NCBI RefSeq assembly: GCF_003704095.1
Contig: NW_020843690.1
Coordinates: 248,001 to 312,000, forward strand
Direction of reading: 5' to 3'
DNA from: Pocillopora damicornis
Lineage: Eukaryota
DNA: 64,000 bases
Both the position numbers and the translations under genes were made by a program. Each line of letters opens with the position of its first letter. The first letter of the stretch is position 1. The notes below the pieces were generated by a model. That model saw only the letters and a program-made list of their open reading frames with translations, ran no database searches and had not been told where the DNA came from. Positions 54,201 to 64,000 of the stretch are shown one piece after another.

Positions 54201-57200
54201 AGTTCATTAGAACCTCGTGTGCTCTGTTAACTCCAGGCTCAGCGCATATTACTTCGTCAAGACGAAAATGCATTTTTTCTATATATAGCACTGTTCTCTT
54301 TTAGGTGGAGTTTGAGGATGAGGAGGGAACTGGGCTTGGACCTTCACTCGAGTTTTACGCGCTTGTGGCGGCCGAGCTTCAACGAAAGAGCCTGGGTATG
54401 TGGATTTGCGAGGATGCCATCGTCGACGAGACTGCTAGAGAGGTTTGTACAAGGAAACTGGTTTTTTTTGGTCGAAAAAATGTTTCTTTACTCTCTGTGC
54501 ACACCACATGAAGGAGTGAATCACTAAATCATCTTTCCTATTTCAGGTGGACATCGGTCATGGTATTCGTCCCAGGGGCTATTACGTGCAACGCGCCGGT
54601 GGCCTCTTTCCCGCGCCCCTTCCTCAGGATGCCCCTGACACAGAAAGGGTGGCAAAGCTCTTTTACGTCCTAGGAATTTTCTTGGCTAAAAGTTTGCAGG
54701 ACAGTCGATTAGTGGACATTCCGCTGTCGCTATCGTTTCTTAAACTATTGGCTTGTAGTGCATCACCGCCTAACGGCAAAACCACATTGGCTTACAGTCG
54801 GAGCTCCTTACAAGTAATCGATGACGCGTCGTGCTCACTCGAGGATCTAGTAGAGTGCTCGGACACGACTAACGAGCTCGATCAACCTCAGCCAAGTGTA
54901 GAAGAGAACGAAAATGCGATCAATAAATTAGACTTGGATTCCATCAAGGAACGAGAGCTTATTGAAGAGGAGGAAGAGCTGTCTAAGGAAGAGAACTCTG
55001 AATTGAGAAAAACTAAAGAAAGCGTAGAAGAGATGCCGTCCACACCTGTAAAGCCAAGTTGGTTTGATAGTATCTTGGATGACAGCGATATGGAAGTGGT
55101 GGATCCGCACAGAGCGACTTTCCTAAAACAACTACAAGAATTGGTTGCCAGGAAAAATGACATTCTTAAAGACAATTTGCTGACGGTTAACGAGAAGAGG
55201 GCAAAAATATCGGAGCTCAAGTTGAAAACAGCTCATGGTGTTGAGTGCAGTGTTGACGATCTGGGGTAGGTGGAAAATTTTCATTTTGTCAAAACCTACT
55301 GATACAAAATGTCTGCAAGGAGAATGGTGACTAGTTCGTGCTTGGAAACACCGTTCTATCGTTTCATATGTGGTACCCTAGAGTAATCGAATTCCAAGCA
55401 CTCCTGAACTAAATTGTGGTGAAGAGAGAGGCTGGTGTTTAAAAAAAATAAATTCTCGCTCTGCCGAAGTGCAAACGCTCGAAACGCCAGCTTTCGATCT
55501 CTTTAGGGTGCCCATTTTACACCATCAACTTATTGATAAAACCAAATTATCTTGTTATACTCTCCACCGATGTAGCACTACTGTTTCTGTAGAAACTCAC
55601 CCCCTTTACTCATTTGTGGTGGAGATAGATGTATTAAATTATACGATATCCAGACATGAAACCAACCAGACATACCCTACACGCTGCGGGCCACTGTAGC
55701 GTGATTGCAATAAACCATGTCGGTTACAAATGAATGAGGGGGGTAAGTTTTAAAAAACTGTGATGCTGCGTCGGTGGGCGAGTAAAAAAAAAATTTTGTT
55801 GTATCAACTGAGTTGACAATGTGAATTGGCCACCGTAAAGATTTTGAAAGCTGACGTTTCGAGCGTTAGCCATTCGTCATTATCAACTCAGTTGATTAAA
55901 CCAAATTATTATGTCGGTTACAGTCGATCGTGTTGTTTGGCCATTTTACAGTTGTTTGAAATGTCACCAAGCGTTCGTAGGAAGAGAAGTTTAGGGGCTT
56001 GGTCCCCAAGTGCAGAGCCGGAAAATATTCTTCTGTACTTGCGCTCTAATGTACATAAACTTGTGCTACAATTAATCGATTCTCGTACCTTGTAGAGTTG
56101 TTGCTCCTTCATTTCCATATTTTGTTCGTTTCCCATTTACATTATTTGTTCCCGTTTGTTGTTGTAACGATCGATGAAATAGTGAAGTACATCATTTATT
56201 TCCTCATTTTCAGGCTAACCTTCCAATTCTCACCGTCTTCTAAAGTGTACGGGTTTAGCGAAGTTGATCTGGTACGGAATGGTGGAGATCAGGTATGTGT
56301 CGAGAAGACTGGTGACGAAATCAAAAATGTTAGACTGTTTAGCCCTTTGCATCCTAATTTCACTTTGCATATTCTCCATACTGTTCTCTATACATTTCCT
56401 AATGTGCTGACAAGGAGAATTTGTTTAACAATCAAAAGCTTCTTCAGTTGGTGATCATTTTCTTTATTCTCGTGACCTTCATGTTTGATTCAAAGGGTAA
56501 ACTGTAGGGAGAAATGAGATGTTAGTCACTGTTAAGAGTCATAGGGATAAGCACGTTTCTTGGCATTGCATTTCGATGAATCCCCACGTATTATCTAGAT
56601 CAAACGTTTTCATCCAACATTTTGCTTCACGAGCAAATGTTTGATCTGTTCATTCCGTTTCGTGTGCAGCTAACATGATGTTGAATGAAAACGTTGGATC
56701 CTTTAGCCAGGGCGAAACGAGCTAGTTCAGGGGAGAGGTAGTATTGGCTGCTCCCTAAGAATTACTGAACAAAATGTTAATCTTCAGTTGTTTTACTCGT
56801 TGTTATGGCAAATTTATTTGACGGTTGATATTTGAGGTGCACTTTAAATCACGGGAATTATTAATTAAGCTAAATACTTGACTTAAGTCTTTTTCCTTTT
56901 GTGATTTAAACAAATGTTTTTCGCTCGGTGAGTGTAACAGTCGAAGCGCGCGGAATAAAGTTTCTAGGTTGTACAACGTCATAAAAATCAATAGTATCCT
57001 CATCTTTTCACAGTAAGGTTTTGGTTCTCTAACAGCATCATTTGCTGTTAAATATATTTAGCATTTCTGGAACTTCTCGTTTCGTCCTAAATCATTTTTG
57101 CTCCTTCCCTCTCCTCACCTCCCCTGAGTCGCCGAGTGTAAGGTGGCTCTTGCCTTTCATTCGCACATCACAGCAGGTTCGACTTATTCTGTAACTTAAC

Positions 57201-58775
57201 TTTTCCTCTTATTTGCCTGTTCATCATAATTGCCTCTCAATAACTGTAACTTAGATTTTCGTTATAATAATTTGTAACAGATGTTAACAACAGAAAATGC
57301 TGAGGAATACATAAAGCTTGTCAAGGAATTCTGTTTATACACTGGCGTGCAACTTCAGTTGGACTCATTTAGAGGTAATATTTTTGTTCACGAATTGTAG
57401 AAATAACCATGAGGTTTTCATGTCGTGAAAGGATATTTCACGAAAAAATATGAGAGAAGATTGTTGAGAGCACTTTTCGATTGAGTGTCGTAAAAGCAAA
57501 ACTGATGTAATAACAACAGCCAATCAGAAGAAGGGAAAATACCCTGAAGAGCCAATGAGAAATCAAAGAAAAAACAGTCACACCGCCTCAAGCGCGGGAA
57601 ACGCAGGCTATCAATGCGTGATTTTTGTAAATTTTACATATGACTGGTTGAGAGAGTGGTATGAGTTTTCTGGACCAATCACAGAGCGAAGTGGAGCAAA
57701 AGCAGAGTAATCTCGAATTTCTTTCGACACTCAATTGAAAATTGCTGTAGTTGTTTGGGATGATTGTTACGAGTTATTTAGATATAGTATTCGGTTGTTT
57801 TTCTTAAAGTTATTGTACAGTATCTTGGTGTTTCGATTGATGCTGCAAGCTAGCAATCGCTGGTCTCCGCAAAAGTGAACATGAAATACCACGAGTGGCA
57901 AAAGTAGTGGCGGAACTTACTTTTCAGAGATGAAATGGTTTGATCTGAGGTTGTAAAAGTTGATAAAATAAAACAGCAACAAATTAACAGGACAGTTAAG
58001 AAAACCAGTTATTCCTTCATTTGATAAGCGTTGCCATCATCCTTCGTTTTGCAGACGGGTTCAACTCCGTGTTTCCAATCGAGAAACTTAGTCCATTCAC
58101 TCCAGACGAGCTACAGCTAATGTTGAGTGGAGAACAGGTTCCACAGTGGACCAGGGAAGACATAATGAACTACACCGAGCCCAAGTTTGGATACACACGG
58201 GAAGCGCCTGGCTTTCAGAGATTTGTGAATGTGCTGGTTAACATGACTGGCGACGAGAGAAAAGTAAGAAAATAGTTCATGCTTGTGTGTAGCGTCTTTG
58301 CATGAATGGTAGTGTATTTGTCGTCGTTGGTTCGTCAGATCGCGTCTGTTAGAGGCGCGGTGGCATAGTAATTAGCGCGTTGGACCGTGAAGTAAGAGGT
58401 CTGGGTTCGAGTCTGGCCGATGCGATGAACGTGTGCGGATTGTGTTCAAAACGAGTGCTATACTACTTGAGGTTAATGCTTATGCAGCCGTATCAGCCTT
58501 TCTATTATTTCTATTTTATCTTAAACCTCTACAATTTTTTTTCCCATCAGGCGTTCCTCCAGTTCACCACAGGTTGTTCGTCCCTGCCTCCAGGCGGTCT
58601 CGCCAATCTTCATCCTCGCCTCACTGTAGTGAGAAAGGAGAGTGAAGGAGATGGCTCTTTCCCGTCTGTTAATACGTGCGTACATTACCTTAAACTTCCG
58701 GAATACTCTTCGGAAGAGGCCATGAGAGAGAAGCTCCTGGCAGCCACAAGAGAGAAGGGATTCCACTTAAATTAG
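30248..58775 (+). CDS. HECTD1: E3 ubiquitin-protein ligase HECTD1 (ARM-like, ankyrin, SUN, MIB/HERC2, helix bundle, HECT), about 2489 aa, 39 exons
   Basis: Starts [36 protein letters not shown] and ends [28 protein letters not shown] (catalytic Cys). Exons: 30248-30387, 31976-32210, 32893-33120, 34346-34600, 34955-35225, 35719-35798, 36258-36356, 36811-36934, 37332-37675, 38056-38253, 38843-39068, 39623-40101, 40767-40913, 41211-41335, 41442-41553, 42051-42185, 42361-42644, 42902-42982, 43626-43724, 44367-44530, 44753(or 44669)-44929, 45887-46418, 47255-47468, 48210-48366, 48615-48703, 49270-49397, 49575-49650, 50050-50232, 50674-50887, 51393-51475, 52028-52155, 53118-53256, 53716-53775, 54305-54442, 54547-55265, 56214-56292, 57281-57374, 58055-58263, 58551-58775. 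All introns are GT-AG, phases are consistent, and the sum is 7470 nt. Confidence 0.97.
33815..33985 (+). mobile_element. Degenerate tRNA-derived SINE
   Basis: A-box-like TAGTCCAGTGGTCAGTGCACTGGGCTCTGA followed by a decayed B-box region and an A-rich body. Confidence 0.4.
34067..34282. mobile_element. Palindromic short element with head-to-head degenerate hammerhead cores
   Basis: Perfect 27-bp inverted arms at 34067-34093 and 34198-34224. The centre holds decayed copies of CTGACGAAGGGCTAACGCTCGAAACGTCAGC on both strands. Related to 55455-55910 and 62935-63177. Confidence 0.6.
38396..38606. mobile_element. TTAA-type MITE (near full length, about 210 bp), nested in a SINE fragment
   Basis: TTAACCCTTT...AAAGACTTAA termini. 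Related copies lie at about 25276-25461, 27990-28196, 33172-33356, 37090-37295, 40215-40411, 43203-43398, 47025-47234, 47556-47759, 47818-48018, 51746-51957, 53353-53460 and 56339-56550. Confidence 0.7.
41585..41721. mobile_element. MITE with TAGACTACGAG terminal inverted repeats
   Basis: TAGACTACGAG at 41585-41595 and CTCGTAGTCTA at 41711-41721. A partial relative lies at about 39095-39150. Confidence 0.65.
43396..43529 (+). mobile_element. Solo Penelope pseudo-LTR fragment with degenerate hammerhead
   Basis: Reverse-complement homolog of 5727-5858. It starts at CTGATGA, and the GAAA box is mutated to GGAA. Confidence 0.65.
47392..47468 (+). repeat. Coding GAT/GAC repeat (poly-Asp tract in HECTD1 exon 23)
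   Basis: LPEP followed by D14 then [11 protein letters not shown]. Confidence 0.85.
49770..50045. repeat. Degenerate (GACT/GATT)n microsatellite
   Basis: Repeated GACT/GACA/GATT tetramers fill HECTD1 intron 27. Confidence 0.75.
53462..53550 (+). mobile_element. SINE fragment with CORE-like domain
   Basis: TGTGTTGTGTTCTTGGGTAAGACACTTCACTCTCGTGGTGCCTCTCTCCACCCAGGAGTAGAACTGGGTAC. Related pieces lie at about 31690-31765, 38335-38390 and 40530-40570. Confidence 0.6.
55455..55910. mobile_element. Inverted pair of short hammerhead-bearing repeats
   Basis: Plus copy about 55455-55612 (GCT-CTGCCGA-AGTGCAAACGCTC-GAAA-CGCC-AGC) and minus copy about 55730-55880 (TGACGA-ATGGCTAACGCTC-GAAA-CGTC-AGC) share the same about 130-nt tail. 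Confidence 0.65.
57466..57749. mobile_element. TA-type MITE with about 25-bp TIR (AGAGCAATTTTCAATTGAGTGTCG consensus)
   Basis: Left end GAGAGCACTTTTCGATTGAGTGTCG and right end CGACACTCAATTGAAAATTGCTGTA. Partial copies lie at about 43890-44107, 48425-48540 and 59410-59480. Confidence 0.7.
58352..58420 (+). mobile_element. tRNA-derived SINE head
   Basis: A-box-like TGGCATAGTAATTAG and B-box GGTTCGAGTC at tRNA spacing, but no complete cloverleaf. Confidence 0.55.
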
Positions 58776-60477
58776 GCTAGTTCGAGTCGACTCTTCCAAA
58801 AACATGTCACTGTAATGATTCGCGTGACATCATTAGAGAAGCCTTGCTTGCGGTTTCCGTCCTTTTGCCATGAATTTATTGTTTGTGTTTATCTTTCATT
58901 AGCTGTAGTAATCTTATGCGCCTTTCAAAATAGTCGCGTGTAATTGTGGATCGCTTATTCCTATATCGTGCCTTGTAAATGTTTACCTTAACGGAAATTG
59001 TTGATTGGAAGGCGCTCTTTCTGTTTTTCTGTCAAAGCTGCTCATTGTGAACCGTGGCAACAAAGTTCAACAAAATTAAGGCTGTTTCAGTCATTTTACG
59101 GTGACTGATCACATTCGGGAAGGGGCGGAAGGCAAATATTTCAGCTGTATCATGATGCAGTGGGGAAGTTTACTCGTTTGTTTCAACTGTTTACCAAACT
59201 TACAACAATGTTGATCGTTAAATCTCTAGGTAGACATTTTCTTTAAAAAATATGTTGTTGCTCTATAAATAGGTAAATGCGTAATTTAAATTAAAAGAAT
59301 TGTCAGGCGATTTCATTTGATTTGTCTGGTTTCTCAGTGTGCTACTTTAATTTAGTTAATTCAAGGAGAGTAGTTGAAGAAAAGGAAAATATCCAAACTC
59401 TAAAACGCAAAAGTTTGATTTCGATGTTGCATCTGATTGGCTGAGAGATCTACACCAATCAAGGAGCGGATTTAAGCAAACCCGATGGAAAGGACAAAGC
59501 CTGCATTATATTCTGCCTTTTTCAGGGAAACAAACGCAAGCTTGCGCGAGGGAAGTGTTTTTGCACTTCTCTCCATGGGTAAATGTAATAAAATTACCCC
59601 TGTTCTTTAGCTACCTGGGACATATCGTCAGTCGACGACCAGGCCACTTAGCAACAACCTTTGGACAGGTGGCGTTAGGATGGTTGGACTTTGAACCAAG
59701 TGCATAGTGGAGGTCGCCTGGCAAGGCGTGGTAACACAGTCGTGGGGTGTGCATCTTGGTTGTGACCGTAGTAAACTGGTTTCGCCCTTCGTTCTTCACA
59801 GCTAATAAGACTTACTAACCACGGTTTCACTCGTTTATTACACTAAGGAAGTCGACGAGATTTTTCGTTGGGAAAAATGATTCAAGAAATGCTTTCTTTG
59901 GATTCGTGATCCATTTTTTAGCGTGTAAAATGACGGATTATCTATTAATGAGTCAATAATAATAAAGTGTATGTCCAGAGTTCCTAATAACAAAGAAGTA
60001 TTCCCGTTTGTATTGCGGTAAAGGTTTTAACATAATCTTAATAAAGGCTAAAAAAAGTAATAATTATTTGCAATAATTCATAAAATTCTTTGTCATTTCT
60101 AAGGAAATCGTTCTAACATCTAGCTTAAGATGTGAACTCTCCTTAGCCGTACCATACACTTCTTTCACGACAAGTAAGGAGAATTTCATACTACAACAAA
60201 AAAATCTACACTGCGTTTTAACACCACTTAAGCTGAGCTCGCTTCAGACAATTAACCATGCTATATAACATTAAGGGAAGGGGGAAAAGAAGACGTAAAC
60301 GAGACGGTACAAGGAAGAATTCATAGAAAGACAGATCATTGACGGAAAAAGATCAAGACATCTTTAGTTATGGTTTTACCTTTGATAAGACATTTTAGCT
60401 ATAACTAGTTCAAACTTAAGTCTACCTTTTTTTCAATTTTTCCTTCGAATATAAAACAGGAAACATACAAAAAGTTG

Positions 60478-60622
60478 GGATCAATGTCAATGTCTAAGCA
60501 ACTGCGCACTTACCCCCACTCCCCCCCCCAACTCAACATGAACTCCAACTTATTACCAACTGACTGTTGTTGGGTTGAAGGGGGGGAGGGGTAGGGGCGC
60601 AGTTGCTCGTGACTGACATTGA
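60478..60622. mobile_element. Palindromic MITE-like element
   Basis: Arms TCAATGTC..AGCAACTGCGCACTTACCCC and GGGGTAGGGGCGCAGTTGCT..GACATTGA. Confidence 0.6.
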
Positions 60623-61065
60623 ACAAAACGTTCTTTAATATTTCATCTAGCACTGCTAAGGTCATTGTCATTGCAAACGTTTGCGTGACTAGTTATCTTA
60701 GAAACCAAAATGTCACGAAATCGCTTACCATAAAGACAAATACATACCAAGACAGGCTCTATTTACTTTTGAATTCTTCAAATTACCTCGCTCGCTGCAA
60801 AATTTTCCGTAAGATCAAAATTATGTCTTATGAAGAGCTTCGAACAAAATGTGGCATGGTTCAAAGCTTTTCGCGCAGCGATCTATAAAATAAACTGAAT
60901 TTGTAAAGTTCATAAGGAGTTGGTAATAATAGCATTTAATCCCTCAATAATTAATACTATGATACAGCCTTTAGGTCAAATCGCCGCAGCGAATAAGCCA
61001 TGCTGATCTCTACGACAACAAATCTTCAAAATGCTTGTCTGTAAAAAATGCATTCAATTTCTCCT

Positions 61066-63729
61066 TCAGCTAAGAAGGTCCACTACGGCACCGTCGTTAT
61101 TCGGAGACACTGTGGAGGGAGGGGTGGGCAACTTTGTTGAGCCTATCATCAAGCCGTCCATTTGGCCTGGCCAAAAATCTAAAAAAGGGGAAAAATCACA
61201 AAGGAATTAAATCTAATATTCGATAAACCTTAAATTATAACTTTTAAATCCGTCAAACATTTAAGGCAATGTAAATGACAATGTTAAGGTTAGTTTTGCG
61301 CATGAAAGGAACCTACGCCTACACTACATAAGTATCGGAAGCGCTTCGGGTTCGTCCGGAAACGCTTCGAGTTCTTTCGCTACACAGACGCACCCTGATT
61401 GTTGATTGCATGGTTGAGATGTGGATTGTGATTTGTTTCCTTGACAGACACGCTGCTCAACAAGTCCAGCTCTGGTTTATTTCCTTCAGGTAAAGGAGAA
61501 GAGGCTGCAGAAGTGATATAAAACAAAATAAGAAAAAAATTGTGCTAAATGAAATCCATATGACCTGATCAGTAAGGGAAGGTTCTTATGCCATTTTCAA
61601 ATCGCTGTAACACTCTAACCACATCGAAAGGAAGTGTAGTACTAAAATCGTCTCGGAAAAAAGATGCATCAATTGTTCGCTCGCATTGATAGAAAGTTTC
61701 ATGGCAAATTTTACGAAAGCAGGTTTCACATTAAATTGCAGGAATCTTTTTCCTTCAGCCTTTGTTTAAAAGAAGAGTTTCTGACACATGGCAAGAGTTT
61801 AACCTTGGGACACCTGGAGGGATCACAAGCAACTTGACGAGAAAAACACATTAATAAGCGGATGAAGACAACTATCATGAAGTGGAGGAAGTATTCCCTG
61901 AACAAAACTAAAATTATTAGAACTCACACATGAGGAATGTATGGCTATCGCCAAAAAGATATAACGGTAGGATCTTGAAAGAGAATGGTCACATTNNNNN
62001 NNNNNNNNNNNNNNNNNNNNNNNNNNNNNNNNNNNNNNNNNNNNNNNNNNNNNNNNNNNNNNNNNNNNNNNNNNNNNNNNNNNNGGGGGGGGGGGGAAAC
62101 AGGAATTAATATGGCGTTCAAGACATATGTTGTACCTGAAGTCCGCTCATCACTCTGAACCAGAGCAGGAATCAATGGAGATGCGGTGGGTTGCGACAGT
62201 GAACTGAATGTGCTGTTAGAGGCGTCCGTGTCACTCAGCGAAACACCTGACACCTTGTCACGTAACACATCGTTCACGCTCGTATCGCAACCGCTTATAT
62301 CTTGCTCGTTTGACGAACAATTCGCGTTCGATAAATCCACAAGGGGAACAAAGTCCTCATCACTAAAAGTACCGTCTTGGTTTGGCTGCTGTTCCTCATC
62401 TGATACAGCCGTAACTGTGAATCGTGACAGGCCAGGATAGTCCGATGTTAGAACTTTAAGCTCTTGTGCAATATCCGGAGGGTTCTCCAACTGAATCAGC
62501 TTCGGCGAGCAAGATGCATTCTCGTTTTCAACGTGAGACACCGCATCTGTTACGTGTTCTTTGACATCATGGATAATGCTGTCTGTTTCACTGATCCTTC
62601 CCTCCTCAGTCTGGCTTTCAGTAGCCAGCTCTCTTTCTTCTCGTTCTTTGGCTAAAACTTTGTTTCGCTGGCAATAGCTGTAGATGTCAGCGAGAATAAT
62701 CCTCTGTGTTGTTTCCATGCCCTGTGAAAGACAAAAAAAGCCTTGAAAGATGACAAACTTGACACATCACAACTCCTTCTGCGTCATATGACATCCTCAG
62801 AAGACTTTCCTAAATCTCCGAACTTAGGTCTGAAAAAGTAAAGTTTATACGCTGCTTAGGTCCAACTCTGTTCACCCAAACTATACTAGACCTCAGTAGT
62901 TTGAAGTCATTCGGAGAGCAAATCATACAACAAATGAATATTAGGGGTAAGTTTCTTAAGAAACTGTGGTGCTGCGTCGATGGGGCTCATTACAAGATAA
63001 TTTAGTCTCAACAACTATGTTGATGATGTAAATTAGCCACCGTAGAGAGTTTCTAAAGCTCACGCTTCGAGAGGCAGCCCTTCGTCTTTCCCGAACGGTC
63101 GAAACGCCAGCTTTAGAAACTCTTTAGAGTAGCCAGTTTACAACTTCTAGTCAATTGATAAGTACAAATTATCTTGAATATATGGTTGAACCTTAGTCGA
63201 CCGTGTAGACTGGTCGTCTAGGTGAGAGTGGTGCTGCGGAGGACTGTGGATGGGACCATTGACAACCTGGGCGAAACTCATCATCTGAGTCAAGAGAGGA
63301 TTTTTTTTTTCAGTCGAGCGTTTTCAATCTGGTTCGTAAAAACTGATTGGTCAGTTTTTCGTGACATTATTGGCTGCAAGACTCAGTTGGCGTAAGTCGC
63401 TCCTAATCGAAGTTAAATGCATTACTTCTCATCACTACTCACTGTTCATTCGTGCAAATGTTTAGCATGAGAAATGGAGTTAGGTGAGAGACGCCCACGC
63501 TTTTCGTAGGAGCCCAATTAGTTATTTCAACGCACATCAGCACGCTGGTACAGCAAGCTTACCGGCTCTTTTTTCAGGTCCTTGTCCAGGTCTATCCGCA
63601 CAAGGGACTTGTTGACTTTCAGTGACAACGAAAGAGCCATCAGCCCTCCAACATATGGGTCATTGTCACGGAGGTCCACTCTTAGAATAGTCTTGCTTTC
63701 TGCGACTACTTCAGCAAGTGCAATTATTC
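61066..63729 (-). CDS. PPP1R37: Protein phosphatase 1 regulatory subunit 37 (LRRC68), 3' portion; 5' exons lie beyond the window
   Basis: Exon 63563-63729 reads GIIALAEVVAESKTILRVDLRDNDPYVGGLMALSLSLKVNKSLVRIDLDKDLKKEP. The exon from 62721 into gap 61996-62083 reads GMETTQRIILADIYSYCQRNKVLAKEREERE... Both match the last LRRs and cap of PPP1R37 as recalled. Probable further exons are 61394-61504 and terminal 61066-61178 (phase-consistent, low complexity, less certain). Confidence 0.85.
62935..63177. mobile_element. Palindromic short element with head-to-head degenerate hammerhead cores
   Basis: Arms CAAGATAATTT...AGAGTTTCTAAAGCT and AGCTTTAGAAACTCT...AAATTATCTTG are centred near 63085, with TCGAAACGCCAGC remnants. 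Confidence 0.6.
63195..63405 (-). mobile_element. Solo Penelope pseudo-LTR fragment (degenerate)
   Basis: Colinear with about 5770-5975 (GGTGAGAGTG..GACAACCTG..TCATCATCTGAGTCA..TATTGGCTGCAAGACTCA). The hammerhead GAAA/GUC segment is deleted. Confidence 0.65.
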
Positions 63730-64000
63730 CTGCAACGGCAGAAGACTGGAAATTAGCCGCAGAAACAGATTAAAAAAAAAACTACCTTGACAAACGCGAG
63801 GGGCAGAGGGGGGGAGCGGAGCTCATTAGAAGGCCTTAGGAGAAACTAAAAGTTTCAGACGGGGTATTCGCAAGAGAGAAGAGCTTATTTAGAGAGAAGG
63901 AGCATATCTGGGTGTTTATGGTAATCGGTGTTGTGAACGTACATTTGTTTAGAACAGACTTAAACAATTCTTTGCCTTTAGGGTCGTATCTCGGTAAAAT

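Noticed and set aside
54750-55060. Long acidic insertion inside the HECT domain
   Set aside because: HECTD1 orthologs have a low-complexity insert at this position, so it is not novel.
58352-58420. Possible tRNA gene
   Set aside because: A and B boxes are present, but the acceptor and anticodon stems do not close; it fits a SINE head.
59612-59632. YLGHIVS peptide resembling an LTR-retrotransposon RT motif
   Set aside because: Seven residues with no flanking RT similarity.
61928-62096. Poly-G (poly-Pro) run and post-gap continuation of the 257-aa ORF
   Set aside because: It abuts an N-gap. The post-gap sequence is not phase-compatible with the next exon and is probably intronic.
1-64000. 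CRISPR arrays, operons, prokaryotic systems, and most short ORFs in the track
   Set aside because: The sequence is spliced eukaryotic DNA with no regularly spaced repeat-spacer array. The remaining ORFs are antisense shadows of exons or lie within repeats.

Overview
Eukaryotic, AT-rich, intron-rich genomic DNA, probably from a cnidarian (stony coral-like, inferred from repeat families and gene structure). It has six N-gaps. Four protein-coding genes were reconstructed by hand from GT-AG splice sites. (1) An ATF3/JDP2/Fos-family bZIP gene on the minus strand, 2302 to off the left edge. (2) A two-exon SIVA1-like gene on the minus strand, 28549-29625. (3) A complete 39-exon HECTD1 E3 ubiquitin ligase on the plus strand, 30248-58775, about 2489 aa, head-to-head with SIVA1. 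(4) The 3' part of a PPP1R37 (LRRC68) LRR gene on the minus strand, 61066-63729. About 25 kb between the bZIP gene and SIVA1 has no recognisable host gene. It holds a decayed Penelope-like retroelement (GIY-YIG) with a type I hammerhead ribozyme motif, gap-flanking duplications that are probably haplotype or assembly artefacts, and scattered CRE/AP-1 motifs. Introns are dense with TTAA-type MITEs, TA-type MITEs, tRNA/CORE-like SINE pieces and a second family of short palindromic elements built around a hammerhead core. The most notable signals are the two hammerhead-bearing families, the apparently ancient gene linkage, and the SIVA1/HECTD1 bidirectional promoter. I found nothing that is demonstrably a wholly new system. 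No CRISPR array, rRNA or intact tRNA was seen. All homology calls come from recalled protein motifs, not database searches.
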